Assembly (NCBI GenBank): GCA_041166365.1
Contig: JBEEFX010000315.1
Coordinates: 1-41,245 of the forward strand
Direction: 5' to 3'
DNA from: Acidimicrobiaceae bacterium
Lineage (GTDB): Bacteria > Actinomycetota > Acidimicrobiia > Acidimicrobiales > JACDCH01
DNA length: 41,245 nucleotides
The position numbers were made by a program, and so were the translations under genes. Below are positions 33,160 through 41,245 of the stretch, piece by piece. The notes beneath the pieces are model-generated. The model made no database searches, was not told the origin of the DNA, and saw nothing but the letters and a program-made list of their open reading frames with translations. Each line of letters opens with the position of its first letter. Position 1 is the stretch's first letter.

Positions 33160-34108
33160 CATCTCCGATCCCGAGCTGGAGGAGCTCCTCCGCGAGATCG
33201 ACCGGCTCGCGGCGCGACGCGACTGGGAAGGGTTGCTCGCGTTGCGCGACCGAGCCCGCGCGGCGCACGAGCGCGGCAGGCAGCACTGGCCGGCCGCCGC
33301 ACACGCGGAGTACCGGCTCGCGCTCGAAGCCCCCGGGGAGTTCGCGGGCGCCGTGATCGTCGAGGGAGCCGGTCGGTTTGCGCCCGGCCCGCTCGCAGAG
33401 GTCGCGGCCTCCACCCACACGTGGAGCGAACTGGCACCGCACATCCCGGCGGGCCCGCTGGTGTCGATCACCGCCCACGAGCGAATCGTCCGCGGCGAGG
33501 ATCTCCGCGACGACGATCGCGTCGATCCTCTCGTGCTCCCACTGCCACTCGCACGGCGCGAGTGGGAACCGTCGTATCCATTGGCCACCTACGAGCACGA
33601 CAAGGCGGACTTCCCCGCGCCGGAGTTGCCCGCGCTCGAGGCCGTCGACCTTCCCGCGCCGCCATTCGAGTGCACGCCGGACGTCGACGAGGCGCTCGCG
33701 CTGCGGGCGTTGGTCGCGACGTGGCTCACCGATTCGAACGGCCGGTCGGAAGCGGTCGGGGTCGAAGGCTCCGCGCTGACGGCCATCGCCGCGCTCGGAG
33801 TCCCTAAGGCCCGGATCGCCGAGGTCGGGCTCGCCGGCGCGACGGCGTTGATGGCGTGGGCCGGCGCCAGCGGAGGCGCCGCCGGTCGCCGGCGGGGCAT
33901 GGCGTGGGGTCGGTTCCTGGCCTGGGAATGCGCGGCCGAGCTGGCGGGCGTCGACATCGACGACGAGGTCGGCGACGCGGCGGCCGAGTTGCGCTGGTTC
34001 GTGTGGGACACCGGTGCGGCTGACACCGGTTGGTCGCTCCGGCTCGCGGTCGAGGATCCGGAAGCGGGTTGCGCGTGGGCGCTCGCCGCCACCGACCACG
34101 CGGCCTAA
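33152..34108 (+). CDS. Hypothetical protein (318 aa), translationally linked to the preceding trio
   Basis: TTG start overlapping the upstream stop. Composition is Ala/Glu/Leu-rich rather than shadow-like, and G/C dominates third positions. No motif recognised. Confidence 0.55.
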   Translation: MSDISDPELEELLREIDRLAARRDWEGLLALRDRARAAHERGRQHWPAAAHAEYRLALEAPGEFAGAVIVEGAGRFAPGPLAEVAASTHTWSELAPHIPAGPLVSITAHERIVRGEDLRDDDRVDPLVLPLPLARREWEPSYPLATYEHDKADFPAPELPALEAVDLPAPPFECTPDVDEALALRALVATWLTDSNGRSEAVGVEGSALTAIAALGVPKARIAEVGLAGATALMAWAGASGGAAGRRRGMAWGRFLAWECAAELAGVDIDDEVGDAAAELRWFVWDTGAADTGWSLRLAVEDPEAGCAWALAATDHAA

Positions 34109-35412
34109 CCGAGAACGCGGTCCAGGTACGGGTTGGTGAAGCGGCGTTCGGGGTCGAGCTTGTCGCGCACTGCTTGGAACGCGTCCCAACGCGGATAGCG
34201 GGAGGCGAGCGTGGCCGCCGTCTGGAAGTGCATCTTCCCCCAGTGCGGGCGGCCGGCGTAGTCGTTCATGATCGCCTCGACGCCTTGGAAGTACTGGTCG
34301 TACGGCGTGTGCTGGTACACGTGCACCGCGATGTACCCCGTCGCCCGGCCGTAGGCCGTGGACAGCGGGATGTCGTCCGGCGCGACCACGCGCACCTCGA
34401 CCGGGAAGCTGATCGGTACGCCAAGGCGATCCACGAGCGCGCGCACGCGGTTCAGCGCTTCGGGAATCGCCTCACGCGGGATCGCATACTCCATCTCGTA
34501 GAAGTGCACGAGGCGCGGGCTCGTGAAGACCTTGTCGCTCCGATCGGTGTACTCGACCTTCGACGACGCCGACGGGATGGCCTTCGCGAGGCGAGGGATC
34601 GCCCTCGGCCACCGGCGTCCGAGCCGGCACAACAGACCGAACGCGCCATTCGTCAGCACGATGTCATCGATGAATTCCTTCGCTCGTCCACGTGCGGCGA
34701 TCGGCTCGTCCGTGCGACGGTTGCGCTTCGTGAGCGCCCAGCGCGTGTGAGGTACCCAGTAGAACTCCACGTGGTCGGCGGAATCCATGAAGCCGTCGAA
34801 GTCGGCGAGAACGTCGTCGACCGGCATCGCCTCCTCGATGGCATGCACCCGGAACGCGGGAACGCATTGCAACGTGACCGTCGAGAGCATGCCCAGGGCG
34901 CCAATGCCCACACGCGCCGCCTCGAACACGTCGGGGTTCTCTTCCGCCGAGCACTCCATGACCGAGCCGTCCGCGGTGACGAGTCGCAGCGCCATGATCC
35001 GACTGGAGATGTTGCCGAACGTCGTACCGGTTCCGTGCGTGGCGGTCGACGTGGCGCCGGCGATCGACTGATACGCGATGTCGCCCATGTTCTCGAGCGC
35101 GAGGCCGCGCGCATCGAGCTCCTCGCAGAGCTTTGCGAGGGAGATGCCCGCCTGCATCGTGACGCTCTGGTTTGCGGGATCGTGGGCGAGGACTCGGCCG
35201 TAGTCGCTCATGTCGACGAGGTGTCCGTCAGTGCAGGCGATGCCCGTGAACGAGTGCCCGGCACCGACGACCTTCACCCGGCGCTCGTTGGCCGCGGCTT
35301 CCTTGACGATGTGGACGAGCTCCGCCTCTGACGTCGGTCGCTCCTGGGCGAACGGCGCACAGGCCTGGTTTCCGGCCCAGTTCTTCCAGAGCTTCGGCAC
35401 GTTGCGCGGCAT
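34105..35412 (-). CDS. FAD-linked oxidoreductase, L-gulonolactone / D-arabinono-1,4-lactone oxidase family
   Basis: WKNWAGNQ, VKVVGAGHSFTG, QSIAGATSTATHGTG and the C-terminal ALO-domain motif GRPHWGK. ATG 35412 is preceded by GAAGGAG at 5-nt spacing. The stop overlaps the convergent gene (CTAA 34105-34108). Confidence 0.86.
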   Translation of the reverse strand: MPRNVPKLWKNWAGNQACAPFAQERPTSEAELVHIVKEAAANERRVKVVGAGHSFTGIACTDGHLVDMSDYGRVLAHDPANQSVTMQAGISLAKLCEELDARGLALENMGDIAYQSIAGATSTATHGTGTTFGNISSRIMALRLVTADGSVMECSAEENPDVFEAARVGIGALGMLSTVTLQCVPAFRVHAIEEAMPVDDVLADFDGFMDSADHVEFYWVPHTRWALTKRNRRTDEPIAARGRAKEFIDDIVLTNGAFGLLCRLGRRWPRAIPRLAKAIPSASSKVEYTDRSDKVFTSPRLVHFYEMEYAIPREAIPEALNRVRALVDRLGVPISFPVEVRVVAPDDIPLSTAYGRATGYIAVHVYQHTPYDQYFQGVEAIMNDYAGRPHWGKMHFQTAATLASRYPRWDAFQAVRDKLDPERRFTNPYLDRVLG

Positions 35413-35473
35413 AGCTGCTCCTTCTGGCGTCACTCAGCCGTCTATTTGCCGCTTGGTCGACGCCAGACGGAAG

Positions 35474-36442
35474 TTAGCTCTTGGCTTGCAGGGCCTCGAT
35501 GAGCTTCGGCACGACCTTGTGCACGTCGCCGATGATGCCGAGATCGGAGATCGAGAAGATCGGCGCCTCGGCGTCCTTGTTGACGGCGATGATGTTCTTC
35601 GAGCCCTTCATGCCGACCATGTGCTGCGTCGCACCGGAGATGCCGAGCGCGATGTACACGTTCGGCTTCACGACCTTGCCGGTCTGACCGACCTGATGCG
35701 AGTACGGCACCCAGCCGGCGTCGACGATCGCGCGGGACGCACCCGGCGCGCCCTTGAGGAGCTTGGCCAGCGTCTCGACCATCTCGTACTTGCTGGCCTC
35801 ACCGAGGCCGCGGCCGCCCGAGACGACGACTGCCGCTTCGTCGAGCTTCGGTCCGCTCGCCTCTTCGACGTGCCGATCGGTCACCTTGGCGGCGCCCGTG
35901 GCGCCGACATCGGGAACCGCCAACGCTTCGACTTCAGCGGCGGCGCCACCTGACTCCTCCACGGCGAACGACTTGGGCCGCACGAGCACGATGTTCGGGG
36001 TGCCGGCGGTGAGCTTCGTACGCACCATCTGCGTGCCGCCGAAGATCGGGGTGCTCGCGACGACGGTGTCGCCGTCGACGGTGATCTCGGTGTTGTTGGT
36101 GAGCACCGGTTTGTCGAGCTTCACCGACAGACGCGCTGACACGTCGCGGCCGTCGTACGTCGTGCCGAACAAGATCAGGTCAGGTGCGTTGCCCCCGTTG
36201 ATCAGCTCGGCGATTGCCGCACCAACATGCGAACCCGGAAGCTTGTCGCCGAGATCGCCGGTGGCGTACACCTTCGTAGCTCCGTGCTGGCCGAGCGTCT
36301 CGGCCACGGTGCTTCCGTCACCGCCGTAGATCGCCTCGACCGTGTCGCCGATCTCGCGCGCCTTGGCGAGCATCTCGAGCGTGATCGTCTTGACCTTGTC
36401 GCCGTCGGACTCGGCGTACACCCAAACCTTCGCGATTCCCAT
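35474..36442 (-). CDS. etfA: Electron transfer flavoprotein subunit alpha
   Basis: [47 protein letters not shown] and [13 protein letters not shown] are canonical EtfA/FixB motifs. Confidence 0.92.
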   Translation of the reverse strand: MGIAKVWVYAESDGDKVKTITLEMLAKAREIGDTVEAIYGGDGSTVAETLGQHGATKVYATGDLGDKLPGSHVGAAIAELINGGNAPDLILFGTTYDGRDVSARLSVKLDKPVLTNNTEITVDGDTVVASTPIFGGTQMVRTKLTAGTPNIVLVRPKSFAVEESGGAAAEVEALAVPDVGATGAAKVTDRHVEEASGPKLDEAAVVVSGGRGLGEASKYEMVETLAKLLKGAPGASRAIVDAGWVPYSHQVGQTGKVVKPNVYIALGISGATQHMVGMKGSKNIIAVNKDAEAPIFSISDLGIIGDVHKVVPKLIEALQAKS

Positions 36443-36444
36443 CG

Positions 36445-37221
36445 TCAGATCACCTTCAAGTTCTCGAGCGCTTCAACGATCTTCTGGAAACCCTCGCCGT
36501 CGTCTTCGATGATCGTGCCGGCCTGGCGTTCCTCGGCCTTGTCGACGGCGACGATCTCCTGGCCGGCTCCGGCCCAACCGACGATCGACGCATCGATGCC
36601 GAGGTCGGCGACCTTGACCTCGTCGACCGGCTTCGACTTGGCCGCCATGATCCCCTTGAAGCTCGGGTAGCGCGGCTCGACGACGCCCGCAGTCACGGAC
36701 ACGACGCACGGCAGCGGGCACTCGACCTCGTCGTAACCGGATTCGGTCTGGCGCTGCACCTTGGCGGTGGTGCCGTCGATCTCGATGTGCTTGGCGAACG
36801 TGACGGACGGCAGACCGAGGACCTCGGCCACCTGCTCCGGCACCGTGCCGGTGTAGCCGTCGGACGATTCCGTCGCGGCGAGCACGAGGTCGAACTCGGT
36901 GCGCTTGATGGCCGCGGCCAGGACCTTCGCGGTGTCGAGCGCACCCGCGCCCTTCAACGCGTCGTCGCTCACGAGCACGGCTTTGACCGCGCCCATCGCG
37001 AGTGCGGTGCGCAGGCCGGACACCTCGCTGTTCGGTGCCATCGAGATGAGCGTGACCTCGCCACCGCCGGCCTTGTCGACCAATTGCAGTGCCATCTCGA
37101 CGCCGTACGAGTCCGACTCGTCGAGGATCAACTTCCCATCGCGCTTCAACGTGTGATCGGCGTTGAGCTGCCCAGGCTCGGCCGGATCAGGGATCTGCTT
37201 CACACAGACGGCGATATTCAT
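36445..37221 (-). CDS. etfB: Electron transfer flavoprotein subunit beta
   Basis: MNIAVCVKQIPDP N-terminus (ATG 37221), NPFDLE-type region (ILDESDSYGVEMAL), and LVLAATESSDGYTGTVP. Sits immediately upstream of etfA. Confidence 0.92.
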   Translation of the reverse strand: MNIAVCVKQIPDPAEPGQLNADHTLKRDGKLILDESDSYGVEMALQLVDKAGGGEVTLISMAPNSEVSGLRTALAMGAVKAVLVSDDALKGAGALDTAKVLAAAIKRTEFDLVLAATESSDGYTGTVPEQVAEVLGLPSVTFAKHIEIDGTTAKVQRQTESGYDEVECPLPCVVSVTAGVVEPRYPSFKGIMAAKSKPVDEVKVADLGIDASIVGWAGAGQEIVAVDKAEERQAGTIIEDDGEGFQKIVEALENLKVI

Positions 37222-37281
37222 AAGGGTGCGATCTTGCCAGTAGCGGCGTGCAGTAGACCAACTCACATAGGTTCAGGCGGC

Positions 37282-38199
37282 GTGCGACTGCTGCTCATCG
37301 TGAACTCGTCGGCGTCGTCGGTGACGGCGCGGGGTCGCGTGGTGATCCGGAAGGCACTGTCGGCAGATCACCAGGTGACGATGGCCGAGACCAACCGCCG
37401 GGGCCACGCGACTCGCCTGGCCCAGGGAGCCGCGAACGACGGAGTCGACGTGGTCGTCTGCCTCGGTGGCGACGGCACGCTCAACGAGGTCGCCAACGGT
37501 CTCGCCGGCACGGAGACGGCGCTGGCCCCGCTACCGGGGGGTTCGACCAACGTGTTCGCCCGCACCATTGGCCTGCCGAACGACCCGATCGAGGCCACGG
37601 GCGCGCTCCTCGACGGGTTGAGCAACGAGCGGATCGAGCGGGTCGGCTTGGGGTCGGTCAACGGCCGCTACTTCCTGTTCCACGTCGGGATCGGGTTCGA
37701 CGCGGTGGTCGTGAAGCAGGTCGAACGGCGCGCCGCCCTCAAGCGCTACATGTCGCATCCGCTCTTCATCTACGCGGCGTTCGCCACGTGGTTCCGCCAT
37801 TACGACCGCAGCCGGCCGCGCTTCTCCGTGCGCGAGGACCAGGGTGCGGTGATCGACGACGGCTACTTCGCCATCTGCCTCAACACGAACCCGTACACGT
37901 ATCTCGGAAACCGTCCCTTCGACGTGATCCCGGAAGCGACACTCGATCGCGGGTTGGCGATCGTGACGTTCCGGTCACTCGCGCTCGTGCCTCTGCTGCA
38001 AGCCGCGGCCAGCGCACTCGGGTTCGGACGCGACATCCGCCGCCAGAAGCACCTCGACGTCCGCACCGACCTCACCAACTTCGTGGTGGACGGTCATGGG
38101 CCATTCCCGTACCAGGTCGACGGCGACTACCTCGGCGAGACGGAACGCCTCACCTTCAAACACCAACCCGAGATCCTGAAGCTCGTGATGCCGCCGTAA
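37282..38199 (+). CDS. Diacylglycerol-kinase-family lipid kinase (DAGK_cat / YegS-like)
   Basis: VRLLLIVNSSASS (GTG 37282, in frame with the long ORF) and VVVCLGGDGTLNEVANGL (GGDGT motif), then LAPLPGGSTNVFAR. Confidence 0.85.
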   Translation: MRLLLIVNSSASSVTARGRVVIRKALSADHQVTMAETNRRGHATRLAQGAANDGVDVVVCLGGDGTLNEVANGLAGTETALAPLPGGSTNVFARTIGLPNDPIEATGALLDGLSNERIERVGLGSVNGRYFLFHVGIGFDAVVVKQVERRAALKRYMSHPLFIYAAFATWFRHYDRSRPRFSVREDQGAVIDDGYFAICLNTNPYTYLGNRPFDVIPEATLDRGLAIVTFRSLALVPLLQAAASALGFGRDIRRQKHLDVRTDLTNFVVDGHGPFPYQVDGDYLGETERLTFKHQPEILKLVMPP

Positions 38200-38203
38200 T
38201 TCG

Positions 38204-38905
38204 TCACACCGGTTGGCCGCGGCCCAGCACGGCAGCGGCGACGTCGGGGACGTTGGTGACGATGCCGTCGACACCCATCGCGGCGAGGTCCTCCATGCGG
38301 GCGGGTTCGTCCACCGTCCACACGTTGATCGCGAGTCCGACCGCGTGCACGAGCTCCACCAACTCGTCGGTCACCGTGCGATCGAAGGGGTGCAGCGCCG
38401 CGTGGCCAGCCACGAGCAGGTCGTCGATGACGCGTGCCGGGTCGCTGAGATCGAAGGTGAGCAGCGCGGTCGCCACCGACGGGTCGACGGACCGCACACG
38501 TTCGAGCGTCGGCGCGTGGAAGGACGAGACGATGATCGGCTGCGAGCACGCCTGGATCGCCGCAACCACCGGCTCCACCAACGCGGCGGTCGCGTCGAAA
38601 TCGACGTCGTGCGGTGAGTTCTTGATCTCGACGTTCACGCCGAGCGGCGCACAGGCCTCGAGGGCCTCGACGAGCGACGGCACGTCCGGCGGCAGGTCCG
38701 CGGTCACGAGCTCCACGATGGCCCGGCCGTCGCCGAGGTGAGCGTCGTGGTGCACCGCCAGCGCACCGTCGAGGGTCCGGCGCACATCGAGCTCGACCCA
38801 ATTGGCGCCGAGGGGCCCTGCTGCCCGAAATGCCGCCACCGTGTTCTCCGGGTGGTCAGCCGATGCCCCTCTGTGGGCAATTATCGCGGTTTGCAGGAAT
38901 CTCAT
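38204..38905 (-). CDS. Glycerophosphodiester phosphodiesterase
   Basis: IIAHRGASADHPENT, VELDVRRTLDG..VHHD, NVEIK and INVWTVD are the GDPD family motifs. Confidence 0.86.
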   Translation of the reverse strand: MRFLQTAIIAHRGASADHPENTVAAFRAAGPLGANWVELDVRRTLDGALAVHHDAHLGDGRAIVELVTADLPPDVPSLVEALEACAPLGVNVEIKNSPHDVDFDATAALVEPVVAAIQACSQPIIVSSFHAPTLERVRSVDPSVATALLTFDLSDPARVIDDLLVAGHAALHPFDRTVTDELVELVHAVGLAINVWTVDEPARMEDLAAMGVDGIVTNVPDVAAAVLGRGQPV

Positions 38906-39002
38906 TTCGAGCAGCGAAACAAGTGCTTGCCCCTGCTAGCAGAGGCAGTTACGATCCCGAAACATCCAGCTACACCCGTTCTTGGAACTGGACGGGGTAG
39001 CA

Positions 39003-39018
39003 TGTGAAACTCGTCACA
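39003..39018. promoter_or_regulatory. Perfect CRP/FNR-family (cAMP receptor protein) binding motif TGTGA-N6-TCACA upstream of the WhiB1-like gene
   Basis: Read directly: tgtga (39003-39007), aactcg, tcaca (39014-39018). It ends 37 nt upstream of the GTG start at 39056. Confidence 0.55.
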
Positions 39019-39055
39019 AAGTGCAAACCGTGACACCGAACCACCTGGAGGACCG

Positions 39056-39349
39056 GTGGCGCTGCCCCAGACATTCGAGCCGATCTCAATTGAAAACGAC
39101 GACTGGCGCGATGTTGCGGCCTGTCGCGACACCAACCCCGACCTCTTCTTCCCCGTCGGTACGACCGGCCCGGCGATCGAGCAGATCGACCAGGCCAAGG
39201 CCGTCTGCCGCCAGTGCCCGGCGCAGACGGCGTGCCTGGAGTTCGCGTTGGTGACCAACCAGGACTCCGGCGTGTGGGGCGGCACCTCGGAAGAGGAACG
39301 CCGCAAGCTGCGCAGGGCATGGGTCGCCCGCCAGCGCCGCGCTTCCTGA
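39056..39349 (+). CDS. whiB: WhiB-family Fe-S transcriptional regulator (WhiB1-like)
   Basis: Four Cys in the WhiB arrangement (ACRDTNPDLFFP ... CRQCPAQTAC), a GVWGG turn and a basic C-terminus (EEERRKLRRAWVARQRR). GGAGG lies 4 nt before the GTG start. The neighbour is a PdtaS-like kinase, as for whiB1 in M. tuberculosis. Confidence 0.9.
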   Translation: MALPQTFEPISIENDDWRDVAACRDTNPDLFFPVGTTGPAIEQIDQAKAVCRQCPAQTACLEFALVTNQDSGVWGGTSEEERRKLRRAWVARQRRAS

Positions 39350-39356
39350 ACGACCA

Positions 39357-40838
39357 TCACCCCACCGGCTGGTCGAGCGGAACGTTCAGCTCGACCACCG
39401 TCCCCGGCCGATCCGGAGCCCCCGTTCCGGCCCGTAGCTCGATCGTCCCGCTCAGCTCCGACGTCACGAGCGTGCGCACGATCGACAAGCCGAGACCCAT
39501 CGATGTGTCCAGGTCGAACCCGTCCGGCAGCCCAGCCCCGTCGTCGACCACCTGCACGTTGAGGGCACCGTTCCCCCGCTGAAGGCGAAGGACGACCTCG
39601 CCGGCGTCGATCTCCTTGCCCTCCGGGTACGCGTGATCGAACGCGTTCTGCAACAGCTCGTTCAGCACGACCGCCAGCGGGGTCGCCACCTGCGCCGGCA
39701 AGTTCCCGGCATCGCCGTCCACGCGGCAGCGCACCGGCCGGTCCGGTGTGTGGAAGGCCTCCTCCACCATCCGGCAGACGGGCCGGACGATCTCGACGAA
39801 CGGCACGTCCTCGCCCGCTTCGCGGCTCAGGATCTCGTGGACCAACGCGATCGATCGCACGCGTCGCACGGACTCCTCGATCGCGGCCTTCGCCTCGGGA
39901 GACTCGAGCCGGCGCCCCTGTAGGCGCAGCAGCGACGAGATCGTCTGCAGGTTGTTCTTCACGCGGTGGTGGATCTCGCGGATCGTCGCGTCCTTCGAGA
40001 GCAGCAGCCGATCCCGGCGCCGCAGCTCGGAGATGTCCCGGAGCAGCACGACGGCACCGGACACCTCGCCTTGCTCGAGCAGCGGGATGCAGCGGAACAA
40101 CACCGTGATCTCGGGCCCCTGCTCGAGCTCCTCCGTCACTGGGCCCGGCATCGCGAAGGCGCGTCGTACCGGAGCCTCGTCGAGGCCCAGCTCGCCGAGG
40201 CGCATGCCTTCGGTGTTCGCGTGAACGCCGACGCGGTGCAGCGCCGACACCGCGTTGGGCGACGTGTAGACGACGCGGCCCTGCGGGTCGAGCAGCATCA
40301 CGCCGTCACCGACGCGGGGCGCCTCTTCGGGCTCCGGATCGTCCGTGGAGAACGGGAACACGCCGGCGGCGATCATTCGCGCGAACCGATTGAAGATCTC
40401 GACGTAGACCCGCTCGAGCTCGCCCGGCTGGCGACCGAACGTGAGGGCGGACTCGCGGGTGGCGACACCGATGACCTCGCCATTCGAACGAACCGGGATC
40501 GCAAGGACGCGAACCTGCTCCTTGAGGCCCGTGATCTCGACGGTCGCTTCGACGATCTCGCCCGAGCGGAAGCTGTTGGCCACGAGCGGTCGCTCCGCCG
40601 CGGTGACCACCGTGCCGACCCAGTCGCTGCGGTACACCGTCTGGGTCGTCGCCGGGCGGATCTGGCCGAGGATGATGAAGGACTCCTCGGCGTCGCCGCG
40701 CACCGGCACGTACAACAACAAGTCGGCAAAGCAGAAGTCGGCGAGCAGACCCCAGGTACCGACCAGGCGCTGCAGGTGCGCGAGATGCTGGCCGTCGACA
40801 TCGGTACGCAGACGCGCGAGCTCGGCAAGCGAAGCCAT
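39357..40838 (-). CDS. pdtaS: Sensor histidine kinase, PdtaS-like (GAF-PAS-HisKA_2-HATPase, cytoplasmic)
   Basis: H-box IREIHHRVKNNLQTISSLLRLQ (HisKA_2 type), N box LNELLQNAFDHA and G box VVDDGAGLP...GLGLSIV. No TM segments. The N-terminal roughly 270 aa look GAF/PAS-like. Confidence 0.85.
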   Translation of the reverse strand: MASLAELARLRTDVDGQHLAHLQRLVGTWGLLADFCFADLLLYVPVRGDAEESFIILGQIRPATTQTVYRSDWVGTVVTAAERPLVANSFRSGEIVEATVEITGLKEQVRVLAIPVRSNGEVIGVATRESALTFGRQPGELERVYVEIFNRFARMIAAGVFPFSTDDPEPEEAPRVGDGVMLLDPQGRVVYTSPNAVSALHRVGVHANTEGMRLGELGLDEAPVRRAFAMPGPVTEELEQGPEITVLFRCIPLLEQGEVSGAVVLLRDISELRRRDRLLLSKDATIREIHHRVKNNLQTISSLLRLQGRRLESPEAKAAIEESVRRVRSIALVHEILSREAGEDVPFVEIVRPVCRMVEEAFHTPDRPVRCRVDGDAGNLPAQVATPLAVVLNELLQNAFDHAYPEGKEIDAGEVVLRLQRGNGALNVQVVDDGAGLPDGFDLDTSMGLGLSIVRTLVTSELSGTIELRAGTGAPDRPGTVVELNVPLDQPVG

Positions 40839-40859
40839 GGGAACGAACGTTAACGACGG

Positions 40860-40876
40860 CGGGGACGACGTCCCCG
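40860..40876 (-). terminator. GC-rich stem-loop (7-bp stem, 3-nt loop) between the zinc-ribbon gene and the kinase gene; weak intrinsic terminator or intercistronic structure
   Basis: cggggac-gac-gtccccg is perfectly complementary. It lies 4 nt downstream of the 40881 stop on the minus strand, followed by a moderately T-containing stretch (CCGTCGTTAACGTTCGTT) but no real U-tract. Confidence 0.3.
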
Positions 40877-40880
40877 GCGA

Positions 40881-41099
40881 TCAGGTGCTGCTGGCGAGCT
40901 CCTGCTCGGACGTCGTCCATTTCGCGAGGCAGGTCGGGCAGTGCTGGTACATCGTCTGCTCGACGATGTCGATGCTGTCGAGGTAACCGTTCGCCCCGCA
41001 CTCGGGGCACGGGGTCGGGTAGCCGAACCTCGGCTCCGGCCGCCGCTCGCGCAGGTCGATCACCGTTTTCTTGGATGTCTTACGCCCGAACAGCGCCAT
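40881..41099 (-). CDS. Small zinc-ribbon protein (72 aa), hypothetical
   Basis: CPECG...(17)...CPTC arrangement, basic N-terminus, ATG start, non-shadow composition. Confidence 0.5.
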   Translation of the reverse strand: MALFGRKTSKKTVIDLRERRPEPRFGYPTPCPECGANGYLDSIDIVEQTMYQHCPTCLAKWTTSEQELASST

Positions 41100-41245
41100 C
41101 TCCCTGCCCTCCCAGTCGCACGTGCAGTACCCGAGTGGTCACGCACAGTGTAGGCCGTTGGGCCCACACGAAACAGTCATTCGTTCACGAACCGGGCCGT
41201 TCCTCCCCGGCGAGGATCGCCGCTTCCGGTTCTTCCGGGCTGCAC

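Noticed and set aside
39021-39036. Possible second CRP site downstream of the perfect box (GTGCAAACCGTGACAC).
   Set aside because: Only one half-site-like element (GTGACA) is present. The other half does not match in any register I tried.
1-41245. Search for CRISPR arrays, rRNA genes, IS elements/transposases, toxin-antitoxin pairs, or recognisable defence-system genes (Walker-ATPase/nuclease combinations).
   Set aside because: No regularly spaced direct repeats were noticed other than the poly-Ser codon tract, and there were no transposase, integrase or nuclease-like translations in any frame. All sizeable real ORFs are accounted for by the metabolic, cell-envelope and regulatory calls above.

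Overview
Visibly high-GC chromosomal segment, almost certainly actinobacterial: it carries a WhiB-family regulator, F420-type enzymes, an LCP ligase and a conserved actinobacterial gene trio of unknown function. I call 40 CDS, one tRNA-Arg(CCG) and a few small regulatory or repeat elements. No rRNA, CRISPR array, transposase or integrase is visible.

Layout:
- 1-3596: a 5'-truncated BisC-type molybdoenzyme gene convergent with an acyl-CoA synthetase gene.
- 3665-5790: a small acidic ORF and a secreted protein combining a carbohydrate-binding-like module with a glycoside-hydrolase-like domain.
- 5829-25028 (all minus strand): the dominant feature, a 17-gene Wzx/Wzy-type glycan biosynthesis operon with almost no intergenic space. 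It encodes a priming sugar transferase, 4 GT4 and 1 GT2 glycosyltransferases, Wzx, Wzy, a Wzz-like protein, 2 SDR epimerases, a PhyH-type dioxygenase, 3 methyltransferases, an 860-aa secreted multidomain protein, and at its head a membrane protein with a degenerate GGDEF-like domain.
- 25298-26876: tRNA-Arg(CCG) and an LCP-family glycopolymer ligase.
- 26910-38905: housekeeping and redox genes. These are a PPOX-class putative F420 enzyme, an acyl-CoA dehydrogenase, a SnoaL-like protein, an FrhB-family protein, a poly-Ser lipoprotein, UdgB, a histidine phosphatase/DUF3090/SCO1664-like trio plus a hypothetical, a gulonolactone-oxidase-like flavoenzyme, EtfBA, a DAG-kinase-family lipid kinase and a glycerophosphodiesterase.
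- 39003-41099: a WhiB1-like gene preceded by a perfect CRP-type box, convergent with a PdtaS-like histidine kinase, plus a small zinc-ribbon protein.

Most interesting candidates:
- the glycan operon as a whole, with its unusual tailoring enzymes;
- its putative c-di-GMP-receptor-like first gene;
- the carbohydrate-binding-like module shared by two secreted proteins;
- a GT4 gene whose conserved N-terminus has no canonical start codon.

All functional calls come from motifs read in the supplied translations; no database search was possible.
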